Of a stretch of DNA of 53,029 nucleotides, positions 1 through 13,310 are shown piece by piece (the stretch's first letter is position 1; each line of letters starts with the position of its first letter). Location of the stretch: contig ADNK01001245.1 in assembly GCA_000320545.1 (NCBI GenBank), positions 1 through 53,029 of the forward strand, in the 5' to 3' direction. A model generated the notes under the pieces. It had not been told where the DNA came from, made no database searches, and saw only the letters and a program-made list of their open reading frames with translations. The DNA comes from Bigelowiella natans CCMP2755. Its lineage: Eukaryota > Protista > Cercozoa. The position numbers were made by a program, and so were the translations under genes.

Positions 1-114
1 ATATATATATATATATATATATATATAGTATATACAGACACACACATATATATATATATGTTTGTGTATTTGTTTTGATGTGTAGTTCCTCTATCACTCA
101 CTTACTAACACGCT

Positions 115-150
<36 letters not shown>

Positions 151-179
151 CATAGATATATAGATATATATATATATAT

Positions 180-257
<78 letters not shown>

Positions 258-280
258 TTGTGCGTGTGTGTGTGTGCGTG
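1..280. repeat. Compound (AT)n/(CA)n/(GT)n intronic microsatellite, representative of dozens of SSRs in introns across the window
   Basis: Direct inspection. Similar (AT)n, (GT)n, (GA)n, (GAT)n, (GTA)n, (GTT)n, (CTT)n and (CCT)n tracts occur in most introns of the lipase, PP5, flavocytochrome b2 and methyltransferase genes. Confidence 0.97.
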
Positions 281-299
281 TAATGTGGATTTGGTTCAG

Positions 300-1461
300 G
301 TACAACGCCATATCGTTGAAGGTGGTTGGAAGCAGAAACCTCTCGAAACTTGAATACGATGCTTACTTCGTAAACACCACGCAAATCATGGTGAAGATTC
401 TACTAACTATCCATAACGCAACCCAACTATATATGGAGGGATTTAATGAATTATTATTACATATAAATCCCAGGTATTTGGAGTTAAGGGAGACGAGACT
501 CCCTTCCTTTTGTACAACGAATCGTTGGGGGTTAATTTTGGATTTCGTGAAAGATCCCAAGAAACCGATCCAGTAGTATTTTTATCACTAAAGCGAAGAT
601 TACCACTCTCTCAAACGTGCAGCACAAATAAATGATACACGCCTACTACTACATGGGAAATGTGATTATTAATTCTTTGTAATATAACGAACGACCACAC
701 TTGGAAGTAATCGATCTCTCACGATTTTTTGATTTATATGCTCTTGTTGCTATTTGATGACGCAGATGTGGGTAATTACGAGGTCGGCTCAGTATTTGAA
801 CCTGATCATCACCTACAATCAGTATAGTGTCACGTGGCCACAGGACTACACCAACTTTCAGGTCTTTCCATTATCCATCATCATTCTATTGATTCAAAAT
901 CAAACAGCAGCAGGATTCCCAACGTATGCATTAGTTTCCATTTTTTATCGATTCTACTCGTATTTTATCAAGCATTTTACTGCTGCTGCACGGTATTCAT
1001 TGAATCACCATAAGCATAGAGTCATCTTGTGAATCTTCCTTTCAACATGATGATGATGATGATGATGATGATGAAATTTCGAATAATCGCAGGTTCGGTT
1101 GTTGTTTAAAGATTGTGTGCTTTCTGATCACGTGGACAAGTTAACCTTGACTTATGAGGTAGAGTCAGTTGATACTAGTCATTAACGTAATGAAGTAGAT
1201 CTTCTACACAACACTCAGCCAGCAGCAGCAGCAGCAGCGGGGTGTGGTGGAAGGGACTGGTTGTTGGTGACGTTGTTATTAGATAACATATTATCGTTTT
1301 CAGGTCGGAAACGATCAGTTTATTATCGCTAGTATGGCTACACGTTCATTGCTGCAAGTATTGTTTGTCCTTTGGATATCCGTATGGCTTTACAAAATGT
1401 GGGCAAGAAACACTAATACGCACACTTATTATTTACCAGCGGGTATATGCTCGAATTGACG

Positions 1462-1494
<33 letters not shown>

Positions 1495-1680
1495 TGATGC
1501 GTACGTTGTTCGTTCTTTTTAGATGCCAGTTGGAATGGAGGCACGTGCTCCCAGAGCACCTTTGGATATCTGGTTTGTTGCTCGCTGTATTCTTCAACCA
1601 GGACCCCTTTTATGTGCCAATGAGATGGTCGTTTCATTGCTAAAATGCATACAAAATAATAGTAACTTGTTCAATCCGAT

Positions 1681-1715
<35 letters not shown>

Positions 1716-2292
1716 GTGTACATAATGTCTCATCGTTTTGGGTGGTTATAGTAGTAGCATATGCAGTTTCGAAGCGATAAGTGCCTTGTTTGGTCTGCAG
1801 CTACCCCCACCAAAAATGGATATGGTACTTGTCCACAGTGCCTCTCCTGATCTCCCAGGTGTGTATCATCTAAATATGCATATCTGCTGCTGCCAAGAAC
1901 ATGATAATACTCTGCTTGTAGCTCCTCATTTGGTTTGTTGTAGTGATTGATATGCTTCCTTGGTAATAAGAAAACACCTGACTCTCTACGCTCTGGATGA
2001 TTGATTGGTGTAGATCTTTATGATGACATTTTGGATGCTCATGGTGGATGGAATGGCTCTGGATGAAAAGTCTCATGGCGTTATGTTTTATAGGTTGCAT
2101 CAAGAGAGGGGGGGGGGGAGTTTGGAGGGAAGCAGAGTGGATAGCTAAATCTGAGCTTTGGTGCTGTTTAGCTTCTGATTGTTGAATGTTAATGCTACAG
2201 CCCGAAAGCGGTATTCTTCATCGTTCTGTTATCAGTGTCAATTATGGTTATGGTAGAGAACAATAATCAGGTAGTAGTTATAGTAGTAGTAG

Positions 2293-2328
<36 letters not shown>

Positions 2329-2561
2329 TGTGATGATTGTAGTAGCTGTGGTAGTCGTTCAAAGATAGATTGAAATGCAGTGTAACGTAACAAATCAAAA
2401 GCAGCTCTGTACTTTGATTATTATGTGTGGTGGTGGTGGTGAAAAGGAGCAATTGGTTTCTCATGAGAGATCTGTGGAAAGGGGCTCTTCCAATGATATC
2501 GCAAGCAAGTTAGCATCATACATAAATTGCATGTTAATATTGATAAATTGCGCATATGTCA

Positions 2562-2600
<39 letters not shown>

Positions 2601-2622
2601 ATCACAGTTGTATGCATGCATG

Positions 2623-2663
<41 letters not shown>

Positions 2664-3331
2664 ACGTGTGTATATGTGTACTAATTTGCCTTCGAGAACG
2701 GAGTTGAAGGTGCATGCTACTTCAGACCATAATATACATATATATAAATATGTATTTATGTACAATTTTCTAGTAAAATTAACACCACAGCTTATCACCC
2801 GGAATATGATGATGATTGATTAGCGGTACTACCACTAAAAAACCCTTTGTTGTTGTTGTTGTTGTCAGTTGGATCCTATCCAGTGGTTTCATTATAGCAA
2901 CCTTTTTCTTTATCTGCTGGGCTTTATATATTATCGTAAAGCTGTACCTCACCTCCAGACGCCTCAAGTAACAATAATTGTAACACAAATGTATAGTCTG
3001 GTAGTAGTAGTAGTAGTAGTAGCTTGTGGAAGAACTTGTCAGAGGTTGTTTCAGAGATTGCACATTATATAAGGCAAAGAGGAGAAGAAGGAACTAATAA
3101 GTCGTCAATACACTATAATAGAGAATAGAAGCTTTTGTGCTCATATTGCTGCTTACAACTACTCTTTATCCTTCCAAAAAACTAGTTGTTGTTGTTGTTG
3201 TTGTTGTTGTTGTTGAATATTGACATTACTTACTCTACGTCGTTCCCTCATAGAGAACTCCCATACGTCTCGACTCGCTTTCGTCAGTTGTCCTTCCGTT
3301 TCTTCATTTACCAATCCGTCTGCATCATCTT

Positions 3332-3363
<32 letters not shown>

Positions 3364-3397
3364 AAGGCCTACTACTACTACTACTACTACTACTACT

Positions 3398-3432
<35 letters not shown>

Positions 3433-3474
3433 AAATGAATGATCGACTACCAGAAATCATCGGTATAATGTCTA

Positions 3475-3540
<66 letters not shown>

Positions 3541-4091
3541 AATCAGGTACTTCATTGCGACCTTCATTATCGTACTGGTTGAAGCAAGGTGTGTGCAGAT
3601 GATACATCTGTAACCGACAATACCTTCACTACTTTCAATATTTTGATCATCACTCATCGTTCGATGGTACCTATTATGAATTTAGAGGAAACATCCTGGA
3701 GAACACAAACACTTACAATTTGGAGACGGGTCAAAAGATTTATAGGTATTCTGCCATTGCTATTAGCATTCTTATACCTTGGTCATCATCATCGTCATCA
3801 TCATCATTATCATCATCATCATCATCAATAAGGTTCATTGGATGGAGTGGAATGACCCTCGCCTCTACCGTATTGTTGTCGTTTTACAGTTGGCTCCTAA
3901 GTCTGGTTTATATGCCGTCTAAATACCGACTCAAATACGCCAAAACAACTACTACCACTACTTCTGCAACCACCACTACTTCTGCTACTACTACTACATT
4001 AAGGGGGGAACGACAAGCTTCAAAGCGCTGGTGTTATTACTTACCAGAAGAAGGACTAGCAGTAAAACAGCAGCCATAAATTGTGCAGTAG

Positions 4092-4123
<32 letters not shown>

Positions 4124-4808
4124 CCATGCCTGTTTTTGTTTATCTGAATGGATAATAATGAATAAACCATAACTGCAATTAATCAGTGCTACCACTACGG
4201 GGACTGCTTCAGATACATCATCGTCTTTGGCACGAGAATATGTACGATTGGAATCAGAAGACGTCTCTTCTTCTTCTTCTTCTCGAAGAGGTTCTACGAT
4301 GATGCATTCACACTGCATAAGGATAGGAGCCTTCTCAACCAAAAGAGACATCAATGCGTTGGAGGTGGTTTACTCTAACATAACATCCTCATGATCACAA
4401 CATTGCTTCCTCCTCTCTCCTCCACGCATTCTTGTGTGGAAGTTACAATTCCTTCACCACTGCATTAGTCGATTCTCAGGCAAAGCGCACGCATCTGCAA
4501 TGTGACATTATTTGTTTGTTTGTTTGTTTGTTGTTGTTGTTGTTGTTGTTGTCGTTGTTGTGTGGGTATCTGCATTGTGCACAATAACAGGGATTTTCCT
4601 TGCAAACAGCCACCTGGCTCACATACTTCGCTGATCAAGCGTAATGCTAAATAATAACGACTTCCAAAAAACGTTAAGATGATGATGATTATTATTATTA
4701 TTATTATTATGTTTTGTAGGTATTTTGATTTGCCAGAAGTGCCCCGTACCACATTAACGTACGGACAGGCAAACTTACCAAGATGGTTTGGTTTTCGAGT
4801 AGCCAAGG

Positions 4809-4845
<37 letters not shown>

Positions 4846-5112
4846 TATAATAAAATTGTTCTCTGAGCATCGTAGCTACAATCAAAAGGAAAAGGATGAT
4901 GTTCTTCATAAATGTTGTCGTTGATATTAGGTGGTTCGTGCTCCTTGTGACACGCACGCATATGTAGCAATATCACACATTTTGGACAGCCGCATACCAA
5001 CCTCTAGAGGAGCAAAAAGACCTTCTTCCCCCTTCTTTGAACAAGTACCAGTATTTATCATGTGTTTAGCCTCAAGGCATGCCTCCTTTCTCAAGATTAC
5101 AAAGAAAACACG

Positions 5113-5145
<33 letters not shown>

Positions 5146-5260
5146 GGTGGTAGCAGCAGTAGTTTGTTGGTGGCAGGTGTTTGCCTCTGAAATTACAATT
5201 GAAAATACACCCCCCCCCCAGAAATTTAATGAATCAAATAAAGAGCGTTATTTCCGAGGA

Positions 5261-5295
<35 letters not shown>

Positions 5296-5392
5296 CCTAG
5301 CGAAGGCCGATTGAACGATGAAAACAAAGAGTAGTAGCAATCACGTCTTAAGTGACGACGTGCCATGACAGATATCCTCTATTTATAGTTAG

Positions 5393-5425
<33 letters not shown>

Positions 5426-5471
5426 GCTCGTTTTTATTCCTGCTGCTCTGGGGAACATGTCGTCGTATATT

Positions 5472-5513
<42 letters not shown>

Positions 5514-5514
5514 T

Positions 5515-5555
<41 letters not shown>

Positions 5556-6045
5556 TATATAGGAGGGGGGCAGCCATGGCGTGGACCTAGAGAACGGGTT
5601 ATTCCTCGTGATTATCCTGCCATAGTAGTGGCTTTCAGGGGCACGGTCAGCTCATTATTATCATCGTCATCATTATCATATCAATAATGATAATAATAAT
5701 AATTATGATGATAATAATGATAATAATGATAATAGCACCAGTTCTTAAGCAATTTGTTTTTTATCATTGTAATAGCAAGAATCACCATCCATCCCCACAA
5801 TTTGGCTATCATCACCCCCCCCTTTCTTCGTTCATTGCTACACTACCATCATCACCACCACCAACAACAACAACGATACAGGTGTCGCTCGAGAATCTCC
5901 GTACAGATCTTGACATGTTTAGCCGTATTGAGCTCGATGACAACGTCATATTTCATGATCCATCATCGTTAGCAGCATCATCATCATCATCATCTGGCTT
6001 TGTAATGGATCGAATCAAAGGTAGTGGTGGTGGTGGTGGTAGACC

Positions 6046-6085
<40 letters not shown>

Positions 6086-6236
6086 CTTGGTGCTAGTAGC
6101 AGTGAATAGTAGAAAACTCTTTCTTCTAGACGGCCCTTGAGCATGAGGCATCATCATATTTGAAGCAGCAGCGGCAGTAGCAGTAGCATACTACTACTTG
6201 TTGGTGTAGTTGTTCATCATCAATGCTTTCCCATAC

Positions 6237-6268
<32 letters not shown>

Positions 6269-6635
6269 GGCAAGCCAAAGATACATCGAGGATTCTGGGA
6301 GGCATTTAGAAGTATAATGATGAAGGATGAATTGGAGAATGATGATGACTACCACGATCTCTGTCTGAGTAGTAGTAGGATATTAGAAAGATACATCTGT
6401 TATAATTATTATTTTTACAAGGAGAAACATTGTTTGTACAGCACGATTGTTCGGACAATCTTCTCCCTCCCCATCATCATCATATCTCGTCGCCATACGT
6501 CTGCTTCTTTTCACACGTTTAACAGGTATTGAGGAGCCTTTGCTTGAGATACTCAGGAAACTAGATCGGTGGGGCAGAATAGATGCAATACTCATAGTAT
6601 TCAGATCTTATACCCAGAAAAGGACTTATTTGCAC

Positions 6636-6706
<71 letters not shown>

Positions 6707-7053
6707 TATTGTGTAAGTGTGTCGATTAGATGGCTATCATAATCAGGCATCGTACAAAACTAAAGCTTCCTCCCTTAAAAGTTTACTGTACCGGTCAGTA
6801 GTTCATTCACAAGTGGGGTGTGCGAAATGCGTGATTTAAACGTACAGCATTCATGACGCCCGCCTCTGTGTTGTTCTCTGTCATTTTTCCTTGTTGTTCT
6901 TTTTTCTAAGGTCATTCCTTGGGTGGGGCCCTTTCAACGATGATGGCATTGTCCCTCAAGACGAAACTTGGGTTAGACGTGGAGATGTATAACTTTGGTG
7001 CGCCGAGGCTCGGAAATCATGCTTTCGCGCAGCTTTATGACGAAAAGGTAGTT

Positions 7054-7085
<32 letters not shown>

Positions 7086-9272
7086 GGATGGTGGATAGAT
7101 TGGATGGAATGATGGTGGTGTTTCTTTCACACAAAAGATGAAGAAGATAAATAGAGTCATCAATGGATGACTTTGTGAAGCATGGGTATCTCCTTAGGAA
7201 GTTATTTCTAAATTTATCATCTTCTGGTACTATTATTCTCTTGCTGCAGGTTCCAAAGTCCTTCCGCATCGTTATGGACGGCGACCTAATCACACAAACT
7301 CCCAAACTTTGCTGCTTGTAATAATTACAATGATAATAATAATAAATGGGGAGAGAGAGGAACATCAAAATTTGTATTGAGGATATTTCATCAACGCTTA
7401 TTCTTGGTAGTTGTTGGATGCAATACATTGCATATATTCGGTTGGAATAAGAGAAATGATAGCATTACGTGCTACTACTATCAAAAACAGCATTATTATG
7501 TGGAATTGTCGTCACCTACCACTCACATCGAGTAACGCACGCACAACATGCTCATCCTCCTGCTATTCAATTAAATATTATGATCGCCAGGTATAAGCAT
7601 GTTGGTAGTGAAATCTTGCTGGACATGTCGGGGAACTTCATTATAAATCCTGCTTTTGTAGAGAAGACATTTCGATCAGGGAGAACTAGGTAATACTTCG
7701 GCATCATTGTGCTTGAGAAGGCAAGGGGTAAAGATGTTGGGGAGAGCTTGCACACATTTCGTTTCTAAATTCCTTCCATTGCATACTCTTCTTTTTGCTG
7801 CCGTGCCGTCGCCACCAGTCTGAAAATGCACTCCTTGGAGAAATACGTCTATTCTCTGCAAAGCGCGTGCAAGATGATGTTTCGCAACACAGTGGTCAAC
7901 CGAAGCGCCATGCCAATGTAAGGAAGAGCCAACAACCATCATATCATCATCGTCCTGATTTCACCATCCTCCGTTCATAAAGAAGGAAACAATCGTCACT
8001 AACACAATTTAGACCCCACAAAATGATTTCGAGCTTTCAATAATTATTACGGCTACTATTTCGTAGTAGGTTTCGTTTTTGCGACAGTGAAAGGCGCTTG
8101 TTTTATTCAATATTAAAATTGAATTTTGGTACTGTAGATGCCGACCCTTGTACACCCCAAAAGAGAGCGTATCGGAAGAGAACGTAAGTAAAAGAAAAAT
8201 ACCTGAATTTCGTTTGTTCCTTACAATAATCTGCTGCCAAATACCATCATTTAGAGAGGCGATTCCAAGGATTTAATGGTACATAAGAAGAAGAAGAAGA
8301 AGAAGAAGAAACGTTGTAAATTAGTCGACTAATAATAGTTGTCTCACAGAAGCTGTCACTGATTGTCTTTTATTCAAATAATGTATTGAAATCTACATCA
8401 TAGTATCTTTGAATGCTACTTGATCATCACGGGCATGCCCTAACACTATGGCAGACGAACATGGGGAGAGAGGTTGAAGACAAGCGTGTTAGCAGCTCCG
8501 ACTTATCATCCACCAATGACATAATAATAGAGAATAGTAGTACTACTACCTCACAAAAAGAAGAGAAGACGAAGAAAGAGAAGGTCCAATCCATGTGTAG
8601 AAACGCAAGATTAAGAGGAAAGAGTGGACTTCGCAAATCTGGTAAATATTGATATTGACCCGTACACATTGTGAGATGGCTCAAACTGTTCTCTTCTTCT
8701 CCGCAAAGCATCATTATCACATGTTAGTAGCAGAGAATGGAATGTTGATCTTTGTGCTGAAATCATCATCTAACAGGTCGCCCTTCTGACAACAAGGCAC
8801 AGGACTTTCTTCATCCAACAAAAACCATAGAAGAAAAGGTTGCTTTCACTTCTCCATGTACTTCATGTTCCATTGAGTGTTGTCATCATCTTCTAACAGA
8901 ACTTTCTGCTTCTTCTTCTTCTTCTTCTTCTTCTTTTCTTCTTCTTAAGGTTGCATCTCCGTTTGGACATGTTACCGTTTACACAACCTTGTCTAGACCT
9001 TCTCACGATGACAGCATAGATGCAAAGGTACTACTACTACCACTACTGTATTCTCATTTCTCACAGAAGAGTTACTGATGATATACAATAAATATCAGAT
9101 TTCAATTGATCCGATTTTAGTATGGAACGGATACGAGTATGACATTCACATCGACAACATCCCAGAACATCTGCACGAGTTCTTCGTATCTCGCCAGTTG
9201 GCTAGACAGGCCGACTCGACTGAGGCGATAGTTCCGAAAAACATGATTGTTTCTACTGTAGTTCTAGAGTGA
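300..9272 (+). CDS. Multi-exon gene (5' end upstream of window): TMEM181/Wntless-like multi-pass membrane domain fused to a C-terminal class-3 lipase (Lipase_3)
   Basis: Spliced exons give [65 protein letters not shown] (1303-1625), [40 protein letters not shown] and [14 protein letters not shown], which follow the TMEM181 TM pattern. Lipase_3 motifs follow: IVVAFRGT (~5622-5645), KIHRGFW (~6278), [11 protein letters not shown] (nucleophile split by intron, exon starts 6911), [19 protein letters not shown] (~7275), YKHVG (~7591), MHSLEKY (~7826). The last exon [11 protein letters not shown]...VVLE* ends at 9272; assignment of the post-lipase exons is less certain. Confidence 0.8.
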
Positions 9273-10051
9273 GGAGAACAAATGCGCGTTGTGTACGATT
9301 TACATCTTGGTTTTGTTTGACAATGCTACTCAATGTTTGCCGCTCAGCAAGCCAGAATTGAGTGCCACCACCAACTTTAGCAACAACTAGCCAAGTGCCG
9401 TCGCCGATGCCTGCACATGACCCTTGCATGCATCGCAGCATGATGCGCTTCGACCGCTCTTAGTTGGTTGTAAGACTTGGAATAAGCCTTGAGACTTAAA
9501 TGCTTAGACTTCATGCACATATGAGACGGATGTGTGAGTGTTCAATTTATTTAAATTGTCATCGTCGTGTACGCACATATCTATATAGTAAAGATAGCAA
9601 GCTATGTGTCTATGCATGCTCTATGCTGTGAAATTCATTCATAGCATCGCACGTATGTAGGCCTGGCAATAAAAAAAATTGTAGACTTATACTACTTTAC
9701 TTAATGCAGCAAGTGACAACCGCCGAACGCGTTTGTGCATGTATGGGCGCGGTGCACCACGGAAGATCGAAGCTTGGTCCTTGCGTACTGCATCTGCGCG
9801 GCAACGCATAAAGATGATACGCTATCAGTTTGCGCCTTGCTACACTGAGTCGGGCAGACTAGCAGATACGATCTATACAGCAGAGATACGTATCACAAAC
9901 GGCCGATCATGGGAAGAATGTATAATGTTCTCTATGCAAACATGGAACATAAGTACACTTAGCTTGTGCGTATATTTTGCACCGGCGATGGCTACATGCA
10001 TGATGAGGCTACATAATTCGTCTATGCTCGTCGTATAGAGACAAACAACTG

Positions 10052-10676
10052 CTAGAATTTAAGTTCAAAATCAAGGTCGCTCAGGCGCAGACGCAGAGGT
10101 AATGGAGGAACGACGTTTCCATCTTTGACGAAGTTTTCGAATTCTAACTCTCCTTTGACTCTCATGTCCAGATGCCCTGATCCTAACAGAGGGGCTTTCC
10201 TCACCTGCAAGTCATATTTAACTCATTGAAATCGTAATAATGATAAACTTCACTTGGAAAAACTCTATGCGTGCTTATGATAAAACTTTTGCAGAGATAG
10301 GAAACCTCGAGAAGACGGAAGTTTTGATGTCTTTTTAGGGACCAAGTTCCACTTTCAGTCGGGTTCGCAATTGACTCAGCTGATACACTAATTAGTAGCA
10401 TTCATCTCTATTACGATTCTACGAGCGATAGTAGGACATTTTAAGGGACAAAATATTAGCTAAATGCTACTGAAGGTTTAAATAGTAAATTACTCTTGAG
10501 TCCTCGAAGTAGGAGGATCATGTAACAATTTTTCATCGTTATTGAATCATAAGATTCAAGGCAGCTGCTACTCCTATGGATAATAGTTGTGGGTGGTGTT
10601 TACAAGTAGTTCTCGGTGATCATATCGAAGCCGAGACTGACGGAGAGTAGACGCCCAATTCCAAATCCTTTAAGTG

Positions 10677-10748
<72 letters not shown>

Positions 10749-11312
10749 TATAATATATGTATATGTGTGTGCAAGTATAATTGACTCAACAAGTAGAATT
10801 TAGTAAAAATCATTACCAAACTCCTTGGTAATATATATAGTCCCGTCCACCATCGATAACCTGAAGCAAACAAGATTACGAGCAAACAAGATTAGGCGTT
10901 AAAACACGGTGAAAAAAAACCTGCTTGCAAGCTAACAACGGCGTGTTACTGGTAGTAAGTCAATTGTTCCTGTTGTATCATTCACTACCTAGAGCCGAAA
11001 ATAAGATCCTCTACAGTTACCTGGTGTTTCAAATGAATAAGAACAGAGAACGAAGATTCCCCATTACTCTCATATCATCAGCATCAGCATCAGCATCAGC
11101 ATCATCATCATCATGATCGTTATGAGGCAGAACGACATGACGTATTGGAGAAGATGATTAAGTCAACAACAGTGAGCGATGAAGAGACCTGAACGTTGAT
11201 GCTGTTGCTTGAAGGGACGTATGCTAATCCTGCGCGTCCTTGAAGACACAGCATCCGCAATGATTTTGAGATCTGTTATTATTATCATTACACGCAAGCA
11301 AGTATTAGGGAG

Positions 11313-11351
<39 letters not shown>

Positions 11352-12339
11352 GTGGTGGTGATGGTGATCGAACAGAGATATATCTTCGCACTATCATTTG
11401 TTCTTCTCATTGAATATACGATCTACATACCGCCAGTGACTCGATCCTTGGTTTCACTTCTAGCTGGACGAAGCTACCGGCACCTTCAAGTGCTGATTAT
11501 ATGTAGCAATATACCATCAGGCTACGAAGGAGAAGAAGAAGACGAAGAGGAAGAAGAAGAAGAGCGCAACTACTTCTTCTCGCCACATTTCTACAAGAGA
11601 ATAATGTCAAACACCAAGTTGTTTCCCCATGTCATCATTAACAATTACAATGTATCCATTGAAGCGAACTTGGCATTTACATGAGATGCAGCGCTGCGTA
11701 CTACCTTCTTTGCCCATCTTTAACTTTTGCCTCCAACTTGTAGCTGCCCCATTCTTTGATGAGTTAGGCCCATTTGCATCCATTCTCGATTCGGGTGTAA
11801 ACTTCTGCCTGCTCCACGATGTTATTTCAAGGGTACGATTTCGAATACTTTGTCCGACGAAGGGAAAGCCATTTACTGCTCTCGTCCTGCCACCTACTTG
11901 CCAGCAGCAGAAGAAGAAGAAGAAGAAGAAGATGATGACATTTATTGCACACGTGAATGCTATGGGGTTTAGTAATAATACCGATAGGAGTCGTCATCCT
12001 AGTAGTAATATCAGTAGGGAACCCTTCATCGTCATTGGGGAGAGAAAGCTCTGCTGGATTTATGGAGCCTAATCCAACCACAAAAAGATAAATACGGTGA
12101 TTTCGGGTGAAGAAAGCCACGAGTGGTGCGTAAGAAATGAAGGAGCTACCCGTCGTCGGGGAATTCGTAGCTAGGAAAGGATGGAATCTGTTACGTCCAA
12201 AGTCCTTCAAACCAGACGTGGAAGATGATGCAACGATCATGCCGGATATCACTATGATGGCCATGAGGGTAACGCGACCATGCCTTCGATATATCTGCCA
12301 GTTGTACATCTTGCAACGAGGACGCTTCATGGCCTCCAT
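10052..12339 (-). CDS. Multi-exon (~9-10 exons) hypothetical protein with N-terminal hydrophobic leader and amphipathic beta-strand-rich body ending in Phe
   Basis: A phase-consistent GT-AG model gives MEAMKRPRCKMYNWQIYRRHGRVTLMAIIVISGMIVASSSTSG...SWRQKLKMGKEGAGSFVQLEVKPRIESLAISKSLRMLCLQGRAGLAYVPSSNSINVQVTVEDLIFGSRLSMVDGTIYITKEFGFGIGRLLSVSLGFDMITENY...RLLEVRKAPLLGSGHLDMRVKGELEFENFVKDGNVVPPLPLRLRLSDLDFELKF*. Stop TAG = + strand CTA at 10052-10054. Confidence 0.6.
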
Positions 12340-12593
12340 TTGATCACCACCTCGAGCCGTTGAGTGGCAGCAGTCGCCTCCTGTTTTAAGTATCTGAAGA
12401 GTGTTCTGATGAAGCTTGAGCACCATCACCCACCACTATCAGCAGCGCCAGCAGGAGGAGTAGCAGCAGCAGCAGCCAGTAAGAGGGACCATCCTCCTCC
12501 TTCTCCTCGGCTATTCGACGAATTCTGTTCTCTTGGGCGGGCAGGGCACAAACTACCAGAGATTCTTTGGAGATCACAGTTGCATCTCGGATA

Positions 12594-12595
12594 CG

Positions 12596-12638
<43 letters not shown>

Positions 12639-12686
12639 CGTTGTTGTCGTTGTTGTTGTCGTTGTTGTTGTCGTTGTTGTTGTTGT
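12594..12686. repeat. (GTT/GTC)n trinucleotide tract in the divergent intergenic region
   Basis: About 30 units of GTT interrupted by GTC; source of the poly-V/T/C/L pseudo-ORFs. Confidence 0.95.
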
Positions 12687-13031
12687 CAGGAGTATCCGAT
12701 CAACAACTATCACAAACAGACAAGACGTCTCTGCGCCTGGCCCAACCACCGCGCAAAACACGGAACACTTGACAGGTCTAGAGGTGGTGGTGGTGGTGGT
12801 GGTTGGGGTTGGGGTGAGAGAATGATGCTGTCGCTGATGATGACTATGATGATCACAATGGTGGTGATGGTGGAGAGGGAAGAATAAGAGTCTTCCACCG
12901 CACTCTGGGAGAAGCCGGACTTGTGCGTGCGTGCCCTGCCGCCGGGAAAATTTGCGATGCAAGTTGAAAATGAAGTTGGGAGACTGAACGTTATGTGCAC
13001 AATCACCGGTCATGATTAGGATACTCAATCG

Positions 13032-13264
13032 ATGAATCAAGAAACTGGCTCGTCAGCGGAAGCTCCAGCCATGGAATGTAGTGACGAACATCAGCCTTCT
13101 GCCCCGCGCACTGATGAGGATGGCAAAAAAGATGCCAACGAGTACAAAGCAGAGGGGAATAAGTACTTTCGAGGTTGATCATGTTTAGAGATTGTATGGA
13201 TATACGACGTAAGAATTAAAAGCAGGATACATTTTCTACAATACATACATACCGCCACACATAT

Positions 13265-13310
<46 letters not shown>

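Noticed and set aside
94-576. ORFs with poly-YI, HT, CV, V, S, D or L runs here and throughout the track
   Set aside because: They are translations of intronic microsatellites; the real exons are short and flanked by GT-AG.
12364-13040. Overlapping ORFs with poly-Thr, poly-Cys or poly-Val (mucin- or metallothionein-like)
   Set aside because: All arise from one (GTT/GTC)n tract in the spacer between two divergent start codons; no independent coding signal.
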